A stretch of DNA of 36,830 bases from Candidatus Altimarinota bacterium (lineage in GTDB: Bacteria > Patescibacteriota > Gracilibacteria > BD1-5 > UBA2023): assembly GCA_043731405.1 (NCBI GenBank), contig JAYTJD010000025.1, forward strand, positions 1 through 36,830, read 5' to 3'. Under the pieces are notes generated by a model, which searched no databases, had not been told where the DNA came from, and saw nothing but the letters and a program-made list of their open reading frames with translations. Positions 1 through 9,096 of this stretch are shown here, piece by piece. The position numbers and the translations under genes are program-made. Position 1 is the stretch's first letter; each line of letters opens with the position of its first letter.

Positions 1-1122
1 ACTCCGTTCAAGACGATATATCTCCATGGTCTCATACTCGATGAGACAGGTCGCAAGATGTCGAAGAGCTGGGGCAATGTCATCGATCCGCTCACGGTGA
101 TCGAGGCTCACTCTACCGATGCACTCCGTCTCGCGGTCACCCTCGGCAATACTCCTGGGAACAATATGAACTTCTCGATGCGGTCTGTCGAGGAGAACTC
201 ACTCTTTCTGAATAAGTTCTGGAATATTATCAGATTCGCTTGGATGAATGTGGGATATATCACCGAGTTACGGGAAGATATCATCAAAAAGATAACAGAA
301 AATAGAGCTGATCTCCTCCCCTATGAGGTATGGATCCTCTCTCGTCTCACCGCCATCACGGAGCGAGTCACCGAGGGGATGGAGAACTATGGATTCGCAG
401 CAGTTGGCACTGAGCTGATCGCGTTCGTCCGAGACGAGTTCGCAGATATAGCCATCGAGGCATACAAGGTGGAGAAGGATACTACGAGATATGGCAAAGA
501 GGTCATATCACTCTGTGTCCTCGATATCATCACGCTCATGCACCCATATATCCCACATATCACCGAGACACTCTATGGATACATCACAGAGGGTCAGGTA
601 CTCGCCACAGCATCCTGGCCAACTCGAGCAATAGAGCGAGATATGGCGAGTGAGAAAAATCTGGAACAGATCTGGGAAGTGGTACGTACCATCCGCAATA
701 TCAGGGCTGAGTCCGGCATCAAGCCAGGAGAGTATCATGATACGATCATCCAGGCAAAATCAGATATGATAAGCAATCTCGAATCAAATATCAATCTCAT
801 CTCTGGCCTCGGACGTGTCAATATCACCCTCAATCCAGCGGGTCGAGATCCTCAGGGATACGCCTATGGTATCTGTGGGTCTGTCGAGATCTATATCCAC
901 AATGAGATCGATGTCGCAGGGATAGAACTCGAGAAAACAAGAATCATGGGACTCATCGAGGAGAAGCGAGAATATATCAGAGCCCTGGAGGCGAAGCTAT
1001 CCAATACAGCATTCACGAGTCGAGCTCCTGAGAAGATCATCAGAGTCGAGATGGATAAGAAAAATCTCGCAAGAGAACAACTCGAGAAACTGGAGGAGAA
1101 ATATGGGAAGATAGGGGGATAA
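1..1122 (+). CDS. valS: Valyl-tRNA synthetase, C-terminal part (5' end lies outside the window)
   Basis: Frame 1 is open from base 1 and reads TPFKTIYLHGLILDETGRKMSKSWGNVIDP (class I KMSKS loop). An anticodon-binding region and a C-terminal coiled coil follow (EKREYIRALEAKLSN...LEKLEEKYGK). TAA stop at 1120-1122. Confidence 0.9.
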   Translation, partial: TPFKTIYLHGLILDETGRKMSKSWGNVIDPLTVIEAHSTDALRLAVTLGNTPGNNMNFSMRSVEENSLFLNKFWNIIRFAWMNVGYITELREDIIKKITENRADLLPYEVWILSRLTAITERVTEGMENYGFAAVGTELIAFVRDEFADIAIEAYKVEKDTTRYGKEVISLCVLDIITLMHPYIPHITETLYGYITEGQVLATASWPTRAIERDMASEKNLEQIWEVVRTIRNIRAESGIKPGEYHDTIIQAKSDMISNLESNINLISGLGRVNITLNPAGRDPQGYAYGICGSVEIYIHNEIDVAGIELEKTRIMGLIEEKREYIRALEAKLSNTAFTSRAPEKIIRVEMDKKNLAREQLEKLEEKYGKIGG

Positions 1123-1134
1123 AGCTATGTAAAA

Positions 1135-1170
1135 TGAAATTGAAAGAAATTACTTCTCTTTTCGTATAAG
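1135..1170 (+). promoter_or_regulatory. ECF-type promoter candidate in front of the sigma factor gene (TGAAAG-N16-CGTA)
   Basis: TGAAAG at 1141-1146 and CGTA at 1163-1166 are spaced 16 nt apart, matching the SigW-type TGAAAC-N16-CGTA pattern. The block AAATTGAAAGAAAT...TTCGTA...GTGAG recurs at 3534-3580. Confidence 0.45.
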
Positions 1171-1195
1171 GTGAGTAGGATATCATAAAATATCT

Positions 1196-1768
1196 ATGCC
1201 TATAGAACTCTTGGATTCAGAGATCATTTCACTCACCCTTGCAGATAGCGATCAATTCGCTCTTATTATCGATCGATACGAACAAAAAATATTTCGCTAT
1301 GTTATGCGACTTGGGGATTTTTCTATCCAAGAATGAGAGGATATACTCCAAGACATCTTTATCAAAATATATACTCATCTTAACGAATATGATGAGCGTT
1401 TCGCTTTTTCATCATGGATATATCGTATAGCACATAATACAACCATCGATACATATCGAAAAAATAACAAAAAATGAGTCATAAGTCTCGATGATGAACT
1501 ATATGAGTGACTCAAGGAAACTCTCTCTAGTGATGAAGATATCGCCAGCAATCTCAAGGAAAAAGATATGCGACTGCTCGTACAAGACTCTTTTGGATCA
1601 CTCACACCTGAGCAAAAAGAGGTCATCATCCTCAAATATATCGAATGACGCGACTATGAAGAGATCAGTGATATACTCAAAATCCCTATAGGCACTGTCG
1701 GCACTCTTATCCACAGAGCCAAAAAACAACTCCAATGAAGCCTCACCCCTATCCATAATCATCTCTAG
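1196..1768 (+). CDS. RNA polymerase sigma-70 factor, ECF subfamily (190 aa, five in-frame UGA)
   Basis: ATG at 1196, TAG at 1766-1768. Region 2: DILQDIFIKIYTHLNEYDERFAFSSWIYRIAHNTTIDTYRK. Region 4 HTH: LTPEQKEVIILKYIE-G-RDYEEISDILKIPIGTVGTLIHRAKKQL, where the G of the classic EG..YEEI motif is a TGA codon. The standard code leaves no ORF in this frame. Confidence 0.85.
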
Positions 1769-1769
1769 T

Positions 1770-2438
1770 ATGTCTCTCAAGAAAAACATCCTTGCCACAA
1801 TCAAAAAAGAGCATATCGAGCCTATATCACTCTGAGCTGTGAAAAGGAAAAAATATCTTATCCTCACTTTTTTCGCACTCCTTATCTGACTGGGAATCTT
1901 TATAGTTTCATTTTTTATATCAGATACAAGTGGAGTGATCGAGTTCGTAGAGATGGATACCCTCTATATCCTCCTCGCTTGGATAGTGGTGATCCTCGGA
2001 CTCGGAGTCTTCATCTATCGAGATTCGAAAAATATTGGCACACTATATCGCTATAGTATGGGACGAATGACTTCTGCTATTTTTTTCACTCTGATACTCG
2101 GATGACTCCTTGTCCGCTTCTCTGGAGTAGATACATATATCCAGAAATACCTCATCAAATATACGGGATATGAGAATATTATGAGTACCTATGTCAATTG
2201 GGAGAAACCTGAACAATGAAGACTGATCTGAGAAATCACAAAAATCTGAAGTGGATGAGTAAGTATAGTGGACACAAGTGAAAAGGTCTGGGAAATCATC
2301 ATATCGAAAGAGATACTCTCTTCTCGAAGTACAGATAATGAGGAGATAATCGAAGTAGGAAATACTATCAAAATAACATGAACACTCAACTCGGATGTTC
2401 TATTTACAGCTTCAGGCATAACTCTTTTATTCGAATAA
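1770..2438 (+). CDS. Membrane protein in anti-sigma position (222 aa)
   Basis: ATG lies 2 nt after the sigma stop, TAA at 2436-2438, seven in-frame TGA. It has a short N-terminal segment, hydrophobic helices (YLILTFFALLIGLGIFIVSFFI, LYILLAWIVVILGLGVFIY, AIFFTLILGGLLV) and a C-terminal soluble domain. The anti-sigma call rests on position and architecture only; no HxxxCxxC motif is present. Confidence 0.55.
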
Positions 2439-2447
2439 ATCTACCAT

Positions 2448-2927
2448 ATGAATTTTTTGAAGTCTTCACATCGACTTTTTATCGTAATGATAATAATCAA
2501 AGGTCTTGAATGAATCACGCAACTTATGATCTGAATTATAGCACTCTTTATTACGAGAGAGAGTCTCTATTCGCTCATATGATGATACTTACAAGAGGAA
2601 CTTATCGAGGATCAGCATGCTATAGTCTCTCGATTTCTCTTGGACTCTCTTCAGTGACTCACGATCTCGACTCAGCATTTTATTGCCTTTTATTTTATTT
2701 CTCATGGGTTGATCAAGTTCTTTATCGGATATAATATCCTGAAGAAACGATACTGGGCATACCCATTTGCGTTGATCGTATTTTCGTTTTTCACATTCTA
2801 TCAAGTGTATCTCTATATACAATCATGATCTCTCTGGATGATCTGACTCATCATCATAGACATAGTAGTCGCCGTACTCACCTATGTCGAATATCAGGGC
2901 GTGAAGAAGACTCATATCCATCAATAA
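2448..2927 (+). CDS. Small polytopic membrane protein, DUF2127-like (159 aa)
   Basis: ATG at 2448, TAA at 2925-2927, seven in-frame TGA. Four hydrophobic segments are present, including HRLFIVMIIIKGLEGITQLMIGIIALFI. The family assignment is from memory of DUF2127 architecture and is tentative. Confidence 0.55.
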
Positions 2928-2937
2928 TCTACATCGC

Positions 2938-3531
2938 ATGATCGAAAATATCCTCTACTGGAATCAAAACACATCCCTCATTCTCAGTTCTCTTACTGAA
3001 AATAATATTGTCAAAATCGTACTGCCTTACTTTGCAGATCTTCCTATTTTCACTATTCCAATTTTTCTCGTAGGATACTGGATATTCGCTACTCTACAAA
3101 ATAATGATAGTATAAAGCAGAAGCTCCTTTTAATATTCTATGCGGAGATATTCGCTTGAATAATAGCTACTTTAATACAGCAATTCGTCTATGTAGCGAG
3201 ACCTCTCTCATTTCTCCAAAACAAATGAATGTTCATACTCTCACATATTCCAGATAATAGCTTCCCTTCCGATCATGCAACGATAGGAGCTGCTTTTCTT
3301 GTAGCATTATTCCTTTTTGGATACAGGAAGATTTTTTACTATCTTCTTCCATTTTTTATCCTTATGCTGATTGCTCGCATCATCGGAGGGATTCACTACC
3401 CACTCGATATATTATGAGGCTTAGCGGTTGGTATATTATCAGGATACATCGTCTATACAATAAGAGATACTGTCCTATGCAGAAAAATCAATCAAGTTAT
3501 CATAAAATTGATGAAGAAAATATTTCTTTAA
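2938..3531 (+). CDS. PAP2-family phosphatase, undecaprenyl-diphosphatase (BcrC)-like (197 aa)
   Basis: Joins ORFs 2938..3159 and 3229..3417 in one frame. PAP2 signature motifs are present: ...RP (VYVARPLSF), PSDH (SFPSDHATIGAA) and SRxxxxxHxxxD (ARIIGGIHYPLD). TAA at 3529-3531. Confidence 0.8.
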
Positions 3532-3533
3532 AA

Positions 3534-3570
3534 GAAAATTGAAAGAAATATTTCATATAGTTCGTAATAG
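3534..3570 (+). promoter_or_regulatory. Second ECF-type promoter candidate (TGAAAG-N17-CGTA) upstream of the PepSY gene
   Basis: TGAAAG at 3540-3545 and CGTA at 3563-3566. The 14-nt block AAATTGAAAGAAAT is identical to 1136-1150, and TTCGTA plus a downstream GTGAG are also shared. Confidence 0.4.
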
Positions 3571-3572
3571 AA

Positions 3573-3588
3573 AGTGAGGATCCTCACT
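3573..3588 (+). promoter_or_regulatory. Perfect 16-nt palindrome AGTGAGGATCCTCACT in the PepSY leader
   Basis: Read directly. A T-rich stretch follows (ttaattttatttttt). It could be a leader hairpin/attenuator or an operator. Confidence 0.3.
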
Positions 3589-3621
3589 CTTCGTTAATTT
3601 TATTTTTTGACCCACACACAT

Positions 3622-4164
3622 ATGCGAAAAGAATTCGTTTACTCCGCTCTCACTGGTCTTGCAGTAGCAGGATCGATCGGACTCACATCGTTTGCCGCTA
3701 CCAGCAACCCCGCAATCCCTCACATGATCCCATCATCTCAAGATCCACAGGTGCAAACAGTGAATACAGAGAGAAGTGCTCCTGACAAAGAAACTCCAGA
3801 TGCTCAGGAAAATACTAAAGAAGTCGCTGATGCCCCAAATACTGGCACATCTGACGAAGGAAAGACTGAAACTCAGGACGATACTATTGCACTCCCAGCA
3901 GGATCTATAACGGAGGCTATGGCTACCAAGATCGCTCTCACTGCAAATGCAGGCACTACCGTCACAGGATTCGAAACTGAAGATGAAAATGGCATAGCCA
4001 TCTATAATGTCTCTCTCAGTAATGGAACTGATGTCAAAATCGATCCAGTAAAAGGAACTATCCTCAAAACTGAGACAGAAGCCAATGATACAAATGAAGC
4101 TAATGATACAGAAGCTCCAGATAATGAAAACGATCCAAATGATCGAGATCAAGATGGAAAATAA
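3622..4164 (+). CDS. Secreted PepSY-domain protein with acidic low-complexity flanks (180 aa)
   Basis: ATG at 3622, in frame with track ORF 3607..4164. Signal peptide MRKEFVYSALTGLAVAGSIGLTSFAA. PepSY-like core ITEAMATKIALTANAGTTVTGFETEDENGIAIYNVSLSNGTDVKIDPVKGTILK. D/E/N/T-rich tails. Confidence 0.75.
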   Translation: MRKEFVYSALTGLAVAGSIGLTSFAATSNPAIPHMIPSSQDPQVQTVNTERSAPDKETPDAQENTKEVADAPNTGTSDEGKTETQDDTIALPAGSITEAMATKIALTANAGTTVTGFETEDENGIAIYNVSLSNGTDVKIDPVKGTILKTETEANDTNEANDTEAPDNENDPNDRDQDGK

Positions 4165-4316
4165 TACCTCTTCACTCGTCGGAATATAGATCAGTCTTCT
4201 CATATTCTCTACATCCTCGGCACCCATAATACCTACTCCTACTGAGCAATAGAATATTGTGGGTGTAAAGGATAGATAGAATTTTTTTATTTACCATTTC
4301 TTTATCTTTCTTATTT

Positions 4317-5099
4317 ATGACTCTAACTTCTCAAGCAGAGAATACCCTCTGGAACAAAATCCCAGAAGTACTTCTCTCATTCTGGACTATTAAGATAATG
4401 GCAACGACTGTCGGTGAGACAGCGGCCGACTATCTCAACACAACCCTGGATATAGGTCTGACCAATACCTCTCTCATCATGGGAGGATTGCTCATAGTAT
4501 TCGTGACATTCCAAATACTCTCGAAAAAGTATATTCCCTGGCTCTACTGGTTGACCGTCGTATTTATGAGTATATTCGGAACACTCTTTACAGATAACCT
4601 TATCGATAATTTCGGGATATCACTAGAGACTACGACTATTATTTTCAGCATCATTCTTGCTCTTATATTTGGAATTTGGTATATGAAAGAGAGGACACTC
4701 TCTATTCATACTATCTTTACCCGAAAACGAGAGATATTTTATTGGATCGCTATCTTATTTACCTTCGCACTAGGTACAGCTGTGTGAGATCTCTTCGCGG
4801 AGTGACTCTCGCTCGGGTATCTCACATCTGCTCTCATATTCGCAGGAGTCATCGCACTGATCGCAGGAGCATACTATGTACTCAGAGTCAATGCTATTCT
4901 CTGTTTTTGGTTAGCTTATATCCTCACACGTCCACTCGGAGCATCATTCTGAGACTATCTCTCACAGCCCATCGAGAATGGGTGACTCTGACTTGGCACA
5001 ACGAGTACGAGTATATTGTTTCTCACTATCATCGCTATTCTGATCGGATATATGACTCTCCAAAAATCCAAAATCCCAGAGTATAGAGAAATATCCTAA
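4317..5099 (+). CDS. Polytopic membrane protein of unknown function (260 aa)
   Basis: ORF 4317..4787 continues in the same frame across five TGA (GTAV-G-DLFAE-G-LSLGY...GASF-G-DYLSQPIENG-G-L-G-LGTT) to TAA at 5097-5099. It has six or more hydrophobic helices and resembles the COG4705-type membrane proteins, though that recognition is weak. Confidence 0.65.
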
Positions 5100-5147
5100 A
5101 AAGTGAAGATATTTAGAATCTAGATAGAGACTATTCTAATAATACTA

Positions 5148-7130
5148 TTACTTCAATCTGAACTCAAAATCATCCTTCACAAATTCTCACTTCAGAGCCG
5201 ATAGACATCTCACAGTATTGCTATGCCAGTTCGAGTTCGACGAGGCGTAGATAGATCCATCTGGATTGCCCCATCGAGAGAGCTCTGAGAGATGAGTATA
5301 CTTGCCGAGATATCGGTTGTTGAACGTAGCAGTCATCCACTCCAGTCACTCTCTCGCCGATGCGAACGAGTAGGTAGATCCACTATCCGTATTGCCGATG
5401 TTGCCGATGTTGTATGGGGTCTTGAGATGATTGCCGAGAGTGGACTCGGCCAGTCAGATACAGATCATGAAGCTCGGATCGATGTTGGCATCCAGTGCGA
5501 TATCCACCCACATCTGCCACTTGTTGAAGTCTGAGGTCGCATATGTCTTGAGGAGATATTTTTGTCGCTCAGTTTCGTCCTTCCCTACAAGGTTGAATTT
5601 CTTTTTATACCGGGTCATATCGGCTCCAGTCCCGGAGAGCTCGACGATATCCGTGAGGAACTTGTCCTGATAGAGTGGGAGGAGTTTGGCATAGTCCATA
5701 GTCGCGATCGAGAGATAGCGGAGTGGATCGACGGATTCTCGATTGTTCCATACCTCGAAGTGGAGATGAGCCCCACTCGTCATCGGACCCGCTCCTGGCG
5801 TCCCGACAGCTCCACCGCTCTTGGCGATTGGTTGTCCCCTTTTGACGAATTCGTACTTGGATACGAGTACCTCCGAGAGATGTCCGTAGACCGTGAGGAG
5901 TCCATCGGCGTGCTTGACTGCCATATAGGAGTATCCACCGGGAACGGGTGGGAGGATATAGGTCACGTATCCATCCGCTGGAGCGAGGATCTCAGTCCCC
6001 TGCTCTGCTGCGATATCGATAGCATCGTGATGAGATCTGAGTGCCTGATAGTAGTCGGCATCGTGATAGTATGATGTGACTCGGCGACTCTCGATCGGCC
6101 AGTCGAGGAGATTGGGCGTATCGATTCTTTTTTCTCACTTGGCGAGCTCTTTTTCATTGATGAAGTACTGGCGAATACGAGCACACTCGACGATCTGAGT
6201 ATTGGTTTTCTTCGTTTTGTTGCAGCTATACTTGGCAAGGAGGAGGTCAAACGACTCACTATAGCGATCACTCGCCTCTTGCCAGAGGCTCTCGACCTGG
6301 GCCTGAGCTGTCTGCTGAGATGCTATATACTGGACATAGAGTGCCTCTTGTCACTGAGTGATTTCGAGGAGTTTTTCTCGCTCATTTTTTTGAGCCTCTA
6401 GGGTCGTACTCTGACTCTGGAGTCCTGATCGGAGTGTCTCGAGTGCGGATTGCTCATTTTGAGTTTGTATATTCGACAGGTAGTAGGCTCTCACGAGAGA
6501 GCGATACTCATCGACGAACTGTTGTCCCATCTGCGTGATCAGCGTCTTGTAGGTGATATCCGAGAGAGTGAAGTCACTATCCTCAGTCGTGAGAATCATA
6601 TTCTTGATGAGGTCGATATTGCCCCCAGCATCGAGGACAGTATTCCCTTGTGAATAAATATTGCGGAGATAGGCAAGTATGATCTGACGGTGTTCTCGGA
6701 TACGAGACCTGAGTGCGAGGCCATCTGATTGTAGCTGTTGGATTTTGGTTTGTTTGATCTTGATATCGAGATTGGTCTGTGTGATCGACTCAGTAGTCAC
6801 GCGGATCGACTCAGCGAGGACAGCGAGTGCCTGTTCGAGTGATACTCGGACTTCTCCGATGGCATCTTTTTTGACCTGATAGGCGGTCTGTATCGTCTGG
6901 AGTCGTATCTTGAGTGACTCGAGTCCGTTCATCGCGTACTCATCCTCGAGGATCTTGCTCGCATCCTGGAGCTCAAACGGTGCCGACTCGAATAGGATAT
7001 CAGATTGTTGAGCCTTGAAGTTGTCGAGGATACGACCCGAGGTCGTCGTGTCTATCGCACTCCCGATCGTTGGCGAGAGATAGGATATGACGAATAATAT
7101 AGTGAATGCAGTGGAGAGAGTCTTGTTCAT
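5148..7130 (-). CDS. Secreted bifunctional cell-wall hydrolase: coiled-coil N-domain + M23 metallopeptidase + glucosaminidase/lysozyme-like C-domain (660 aa)
   Basis: ORFs 6351..7130 and 5454..5966 are in the same frame (7130-5966=1164). I translated the gaps and found only TGA, no TAA or TAG. Signal peptide MNKTLSTAFTILFVISYLSPTIGSA. M23 motifs HDAIDIAAEQGTEILAPADGYV and GAHLHFEV. C-terminal FMICIGLAESTLGNHLKTPYNIGNIGN...WGNPDGSIYASS. TAA at 5148-5150. Confidence 0.8.
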
Positions 7131-7154
7131 ACAGCTATGCTAGCACATAAGAAG

Positions 7155-7184
7155 CAAAAATACCCAACAATGAGGGTATTTTTG
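7155..7184 (-). terminator. Rho-independent terminator-like hairpin downstream of murF
   Basis: CAAAAATACCC (7155-7165) pairs with GGGTATTTTTG (7174-7184) around an 8-nt loop, with a U-run on the minus-strand transcript. It lies 45 nt after the murF stop but only 24 nt before the ATG at 7130. Confidence 0.5.
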
Positions 7185-7207
7185 CTCTGAAATTGAGTAG
7201 ATTTTGT

Positions 7208-7260
7208 CTAAAAAATATTTCTTATATACTATTTCTCCAAACTCCTAAAAAATATTTCTT
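7208..7260. repeat. Two perfect 16-nt direct repeats CTAAAAAATATTTCTT (7208-7223 and 7245-7260)
   Basis: Read directly. One copy lies inside the murF 3' extension and the other just downstream of its TAG stop. The minus-strand form AAGAAATATTTTTTAG shares AAGAAATATTT with the promoter block at 3543-3553. Confidence 0.6.
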
Positions 7261-8518
7261 TTTTTGACATCCAACGCTCAGTTTGCCGTGGCAGCTTGCC
7301 AACATCCAGGAGATCTGAGAGGAGTGACTTGATTCCCTCTTCGATGAAAATCGTGTTCTGGCTTCATTTTGCGTAGACGATGGTATCAGTTTTATTTTTT
7401 GCTAAATCCTGAGCGATCCTTTTGCCCATATCTCGGGATGAGAGACTCGATAGAGTATCAAAATGAGACGAGAGAATCGGAGCAACATAGTCCCGCATCA
7501 TCGGACCAACGAGATAAAATGATACACGACTCTCATGTGGAATGATATCACAGATCTCACGGGCGAGTTGCTCGTGGATATCTCTCGATGCCCCACCGAG
7601 CTCTCGCATATCGCCTATGAGGAATATGATACGATGTGAGTGGAGGAACGATCTCATCGAGACTATCCCCTCACGCAAGGATATATATCCACCGTTGTAG
7701 CTCCCATCGATGATCATCGAGTCATGGATACCTGAGAGGATAGAAGATCGCCCAGACTCAGGCGAGCCATGTGACGCATATCTCGCAATATGAGCTGGAT
7801 CGATATGGAGGATATCTGCGATCGCATAGAGTGGGAGGAGGTTCTCTATCTGGAACGTGCCGATCGCTGGGAGCGATATCGGGTATTCCTTTTTGTTATA
7901 TTGTACGACCGCTCGAGTGCCTGATATATCCATCTCGATATGTGCCGCATCGATATCTGAGAGGGCTCCGAGGGAGTAGTAGAGGGCGTCGAGATCGACG
8001 TATTGGCGGAGTGACTCATGGATGATACGATGTTTCGCATGTTCGAGGATCATCAGCTTGTGGGCTCGATATACCCCCAGTGATCCGAATTGTTCGAGAT
8101 GATTGGGCTCGACCGGTGTGATGATAGCGATATCTGGAGTCGCGATATCGAGGAGTCCCGCCATCTCTCCGGGATGATCGATACCGTATTCGAGGACGAG
8201 ATATCTCGGATAGGGACGGATCAGCCGAGACAGTGCGAGGACAAATACCCAAATCCAGAGAAACGGATTGCGACCTGGAGTCCGACATCCAATAATAGTA
8301 AGAGGTAGACCATATTCGCCGTTGTAGTGATGGAGCGAGTATCCGACTTGATGACTCCCGAGTTCCTGGGTGAGAAACCGAGCAATATGAGTCGTGATGG
8401 TGGTCTTGCCGACTGTACCCGTGACACCGATGATGTATGGCTGATGCCTCGAGATGATGAGTCGAGCAAAAAATGCGAGAACTGGGAGGAGGATATGTTG
8501 CATATAGGAGCAAATCAT
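7229..8518 (-). CDS. murF: Mur ligase, UDP-MurNAc-tripeptide--D-Ala-D-Ala ligase (MurF)-like (429 aa)
   Basis: ATP-binding loop IIGVTGTVGKTT, IIDGSYNGGYISL (the DxSYNANP region of MurF) and a Mur ligase middle/C-domain layout. The standard code stops at 7364, but reading TGA as G gives IVYAK-G-SQNTIFIEEG (the conserved KGSR motif) and extends to TAG at 7229-7231. The start may be ATG 8518 or ATG 8503. Confidence 0.75.
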
Positions 8519-8692
8519 AGGGAATAGAGAGAGAAAATCAAGTCAAAGCGATTTGTCTATCATATTTTTATTTGCGAAATGATAAACATTGTATACAATT
8601 CAGATCAATTACAGTGACTATTTCTGATATAGGATTATTTCTATACTGTATCTCCCTTCTTGGCTGTATCTTTTAGTTTTTATATATTATCT

Positions 8693-9070
8693 ATGGCTCA
8701 AGTCACTCGTGATAACTTCACATTCACTATCCTCGATGAGATCCAACTCCAATATACTGAGCTTGTAGAGCTCGTACTCGGGAGCGAGTCGATCGACAAC
8801 AATGAAAAACAATACTGGTTCGATATCCTCCCATCGATGACGGATGAGCAGGTAGATAGACTCTTCAATATCCTCATGACAGAGCGACGACAACTCGAAG
8901 AACTCAATCTCAAGTACCAAGAAGAGATCAAGACCCTCAACGAAAAACACCTTATCGAGTGGCAATCGCTCCAGTCACAAAAGGCAAAACAACAGGTACA
9001 GAATGCCGAAAAATCTGACACATCCAAATCCGATGCCGCCGATACTCTCGGACTCCTCGGGAATCTTTAG
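8693..9070 (+). CDS. Hypothetical protein (125 aa), coiled-coil C-terminus
   Basis: ATG at 8693, in frame with track ORF 8660..9070. Reads MAQVTRDNFTFTILDE...EKQYWFDILPSMTDEQVDRLFNILMTERRQLEELNLKY. No catalytic motif recognised. Confidence 0.55.
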   Translation: MAQVTRDNFTFTILDEIQLQYTELVELVLGSESIDNNEKQYWFDILPSMTDEQVDRLFNILMTERRQLEELNLKYQEEIKTLNEKHLIEWQSLQSQKAKQQVQNAEKSDTSKSDAADTLGLLGNL

Positions 9071-9096
9071 TATTTTTGCAATCAATATAGTATAGT

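Noticed and set aside
5114-5140. Weak hairpin TTAGAAT-N13-ATTCTAA between the convergent genes ending at 5099 and 5148
   Set aside because: It is a 7-bp all-A/T-rich stem with a 13-nt loop and no clear U-run, which is not enough to call a terminator.
5292-6271. Standard-code ORFs 5292..5534(+), 5431..5670(+), 5562..6074(+) and 5963..6271(-)
   Set aside because: They are antisense to, or out of frame with, the M23/glucosaminidase gene, whose frame carries clear catalytic motifs. Their products are low-complexity with no recognisable motif.
8016-8513. 165-aa Arg/Ser-rich minus-strand ORF and other ORFs overlapping murF (7771..8025, 7846..8040, 8090..8308, 8221..8469, 8327..8527)
   Set aside because: These are alternative frames of a gene whose main frame has the Mur ligase P-loop and domain order. 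Their composition is typical of off-frame translation.
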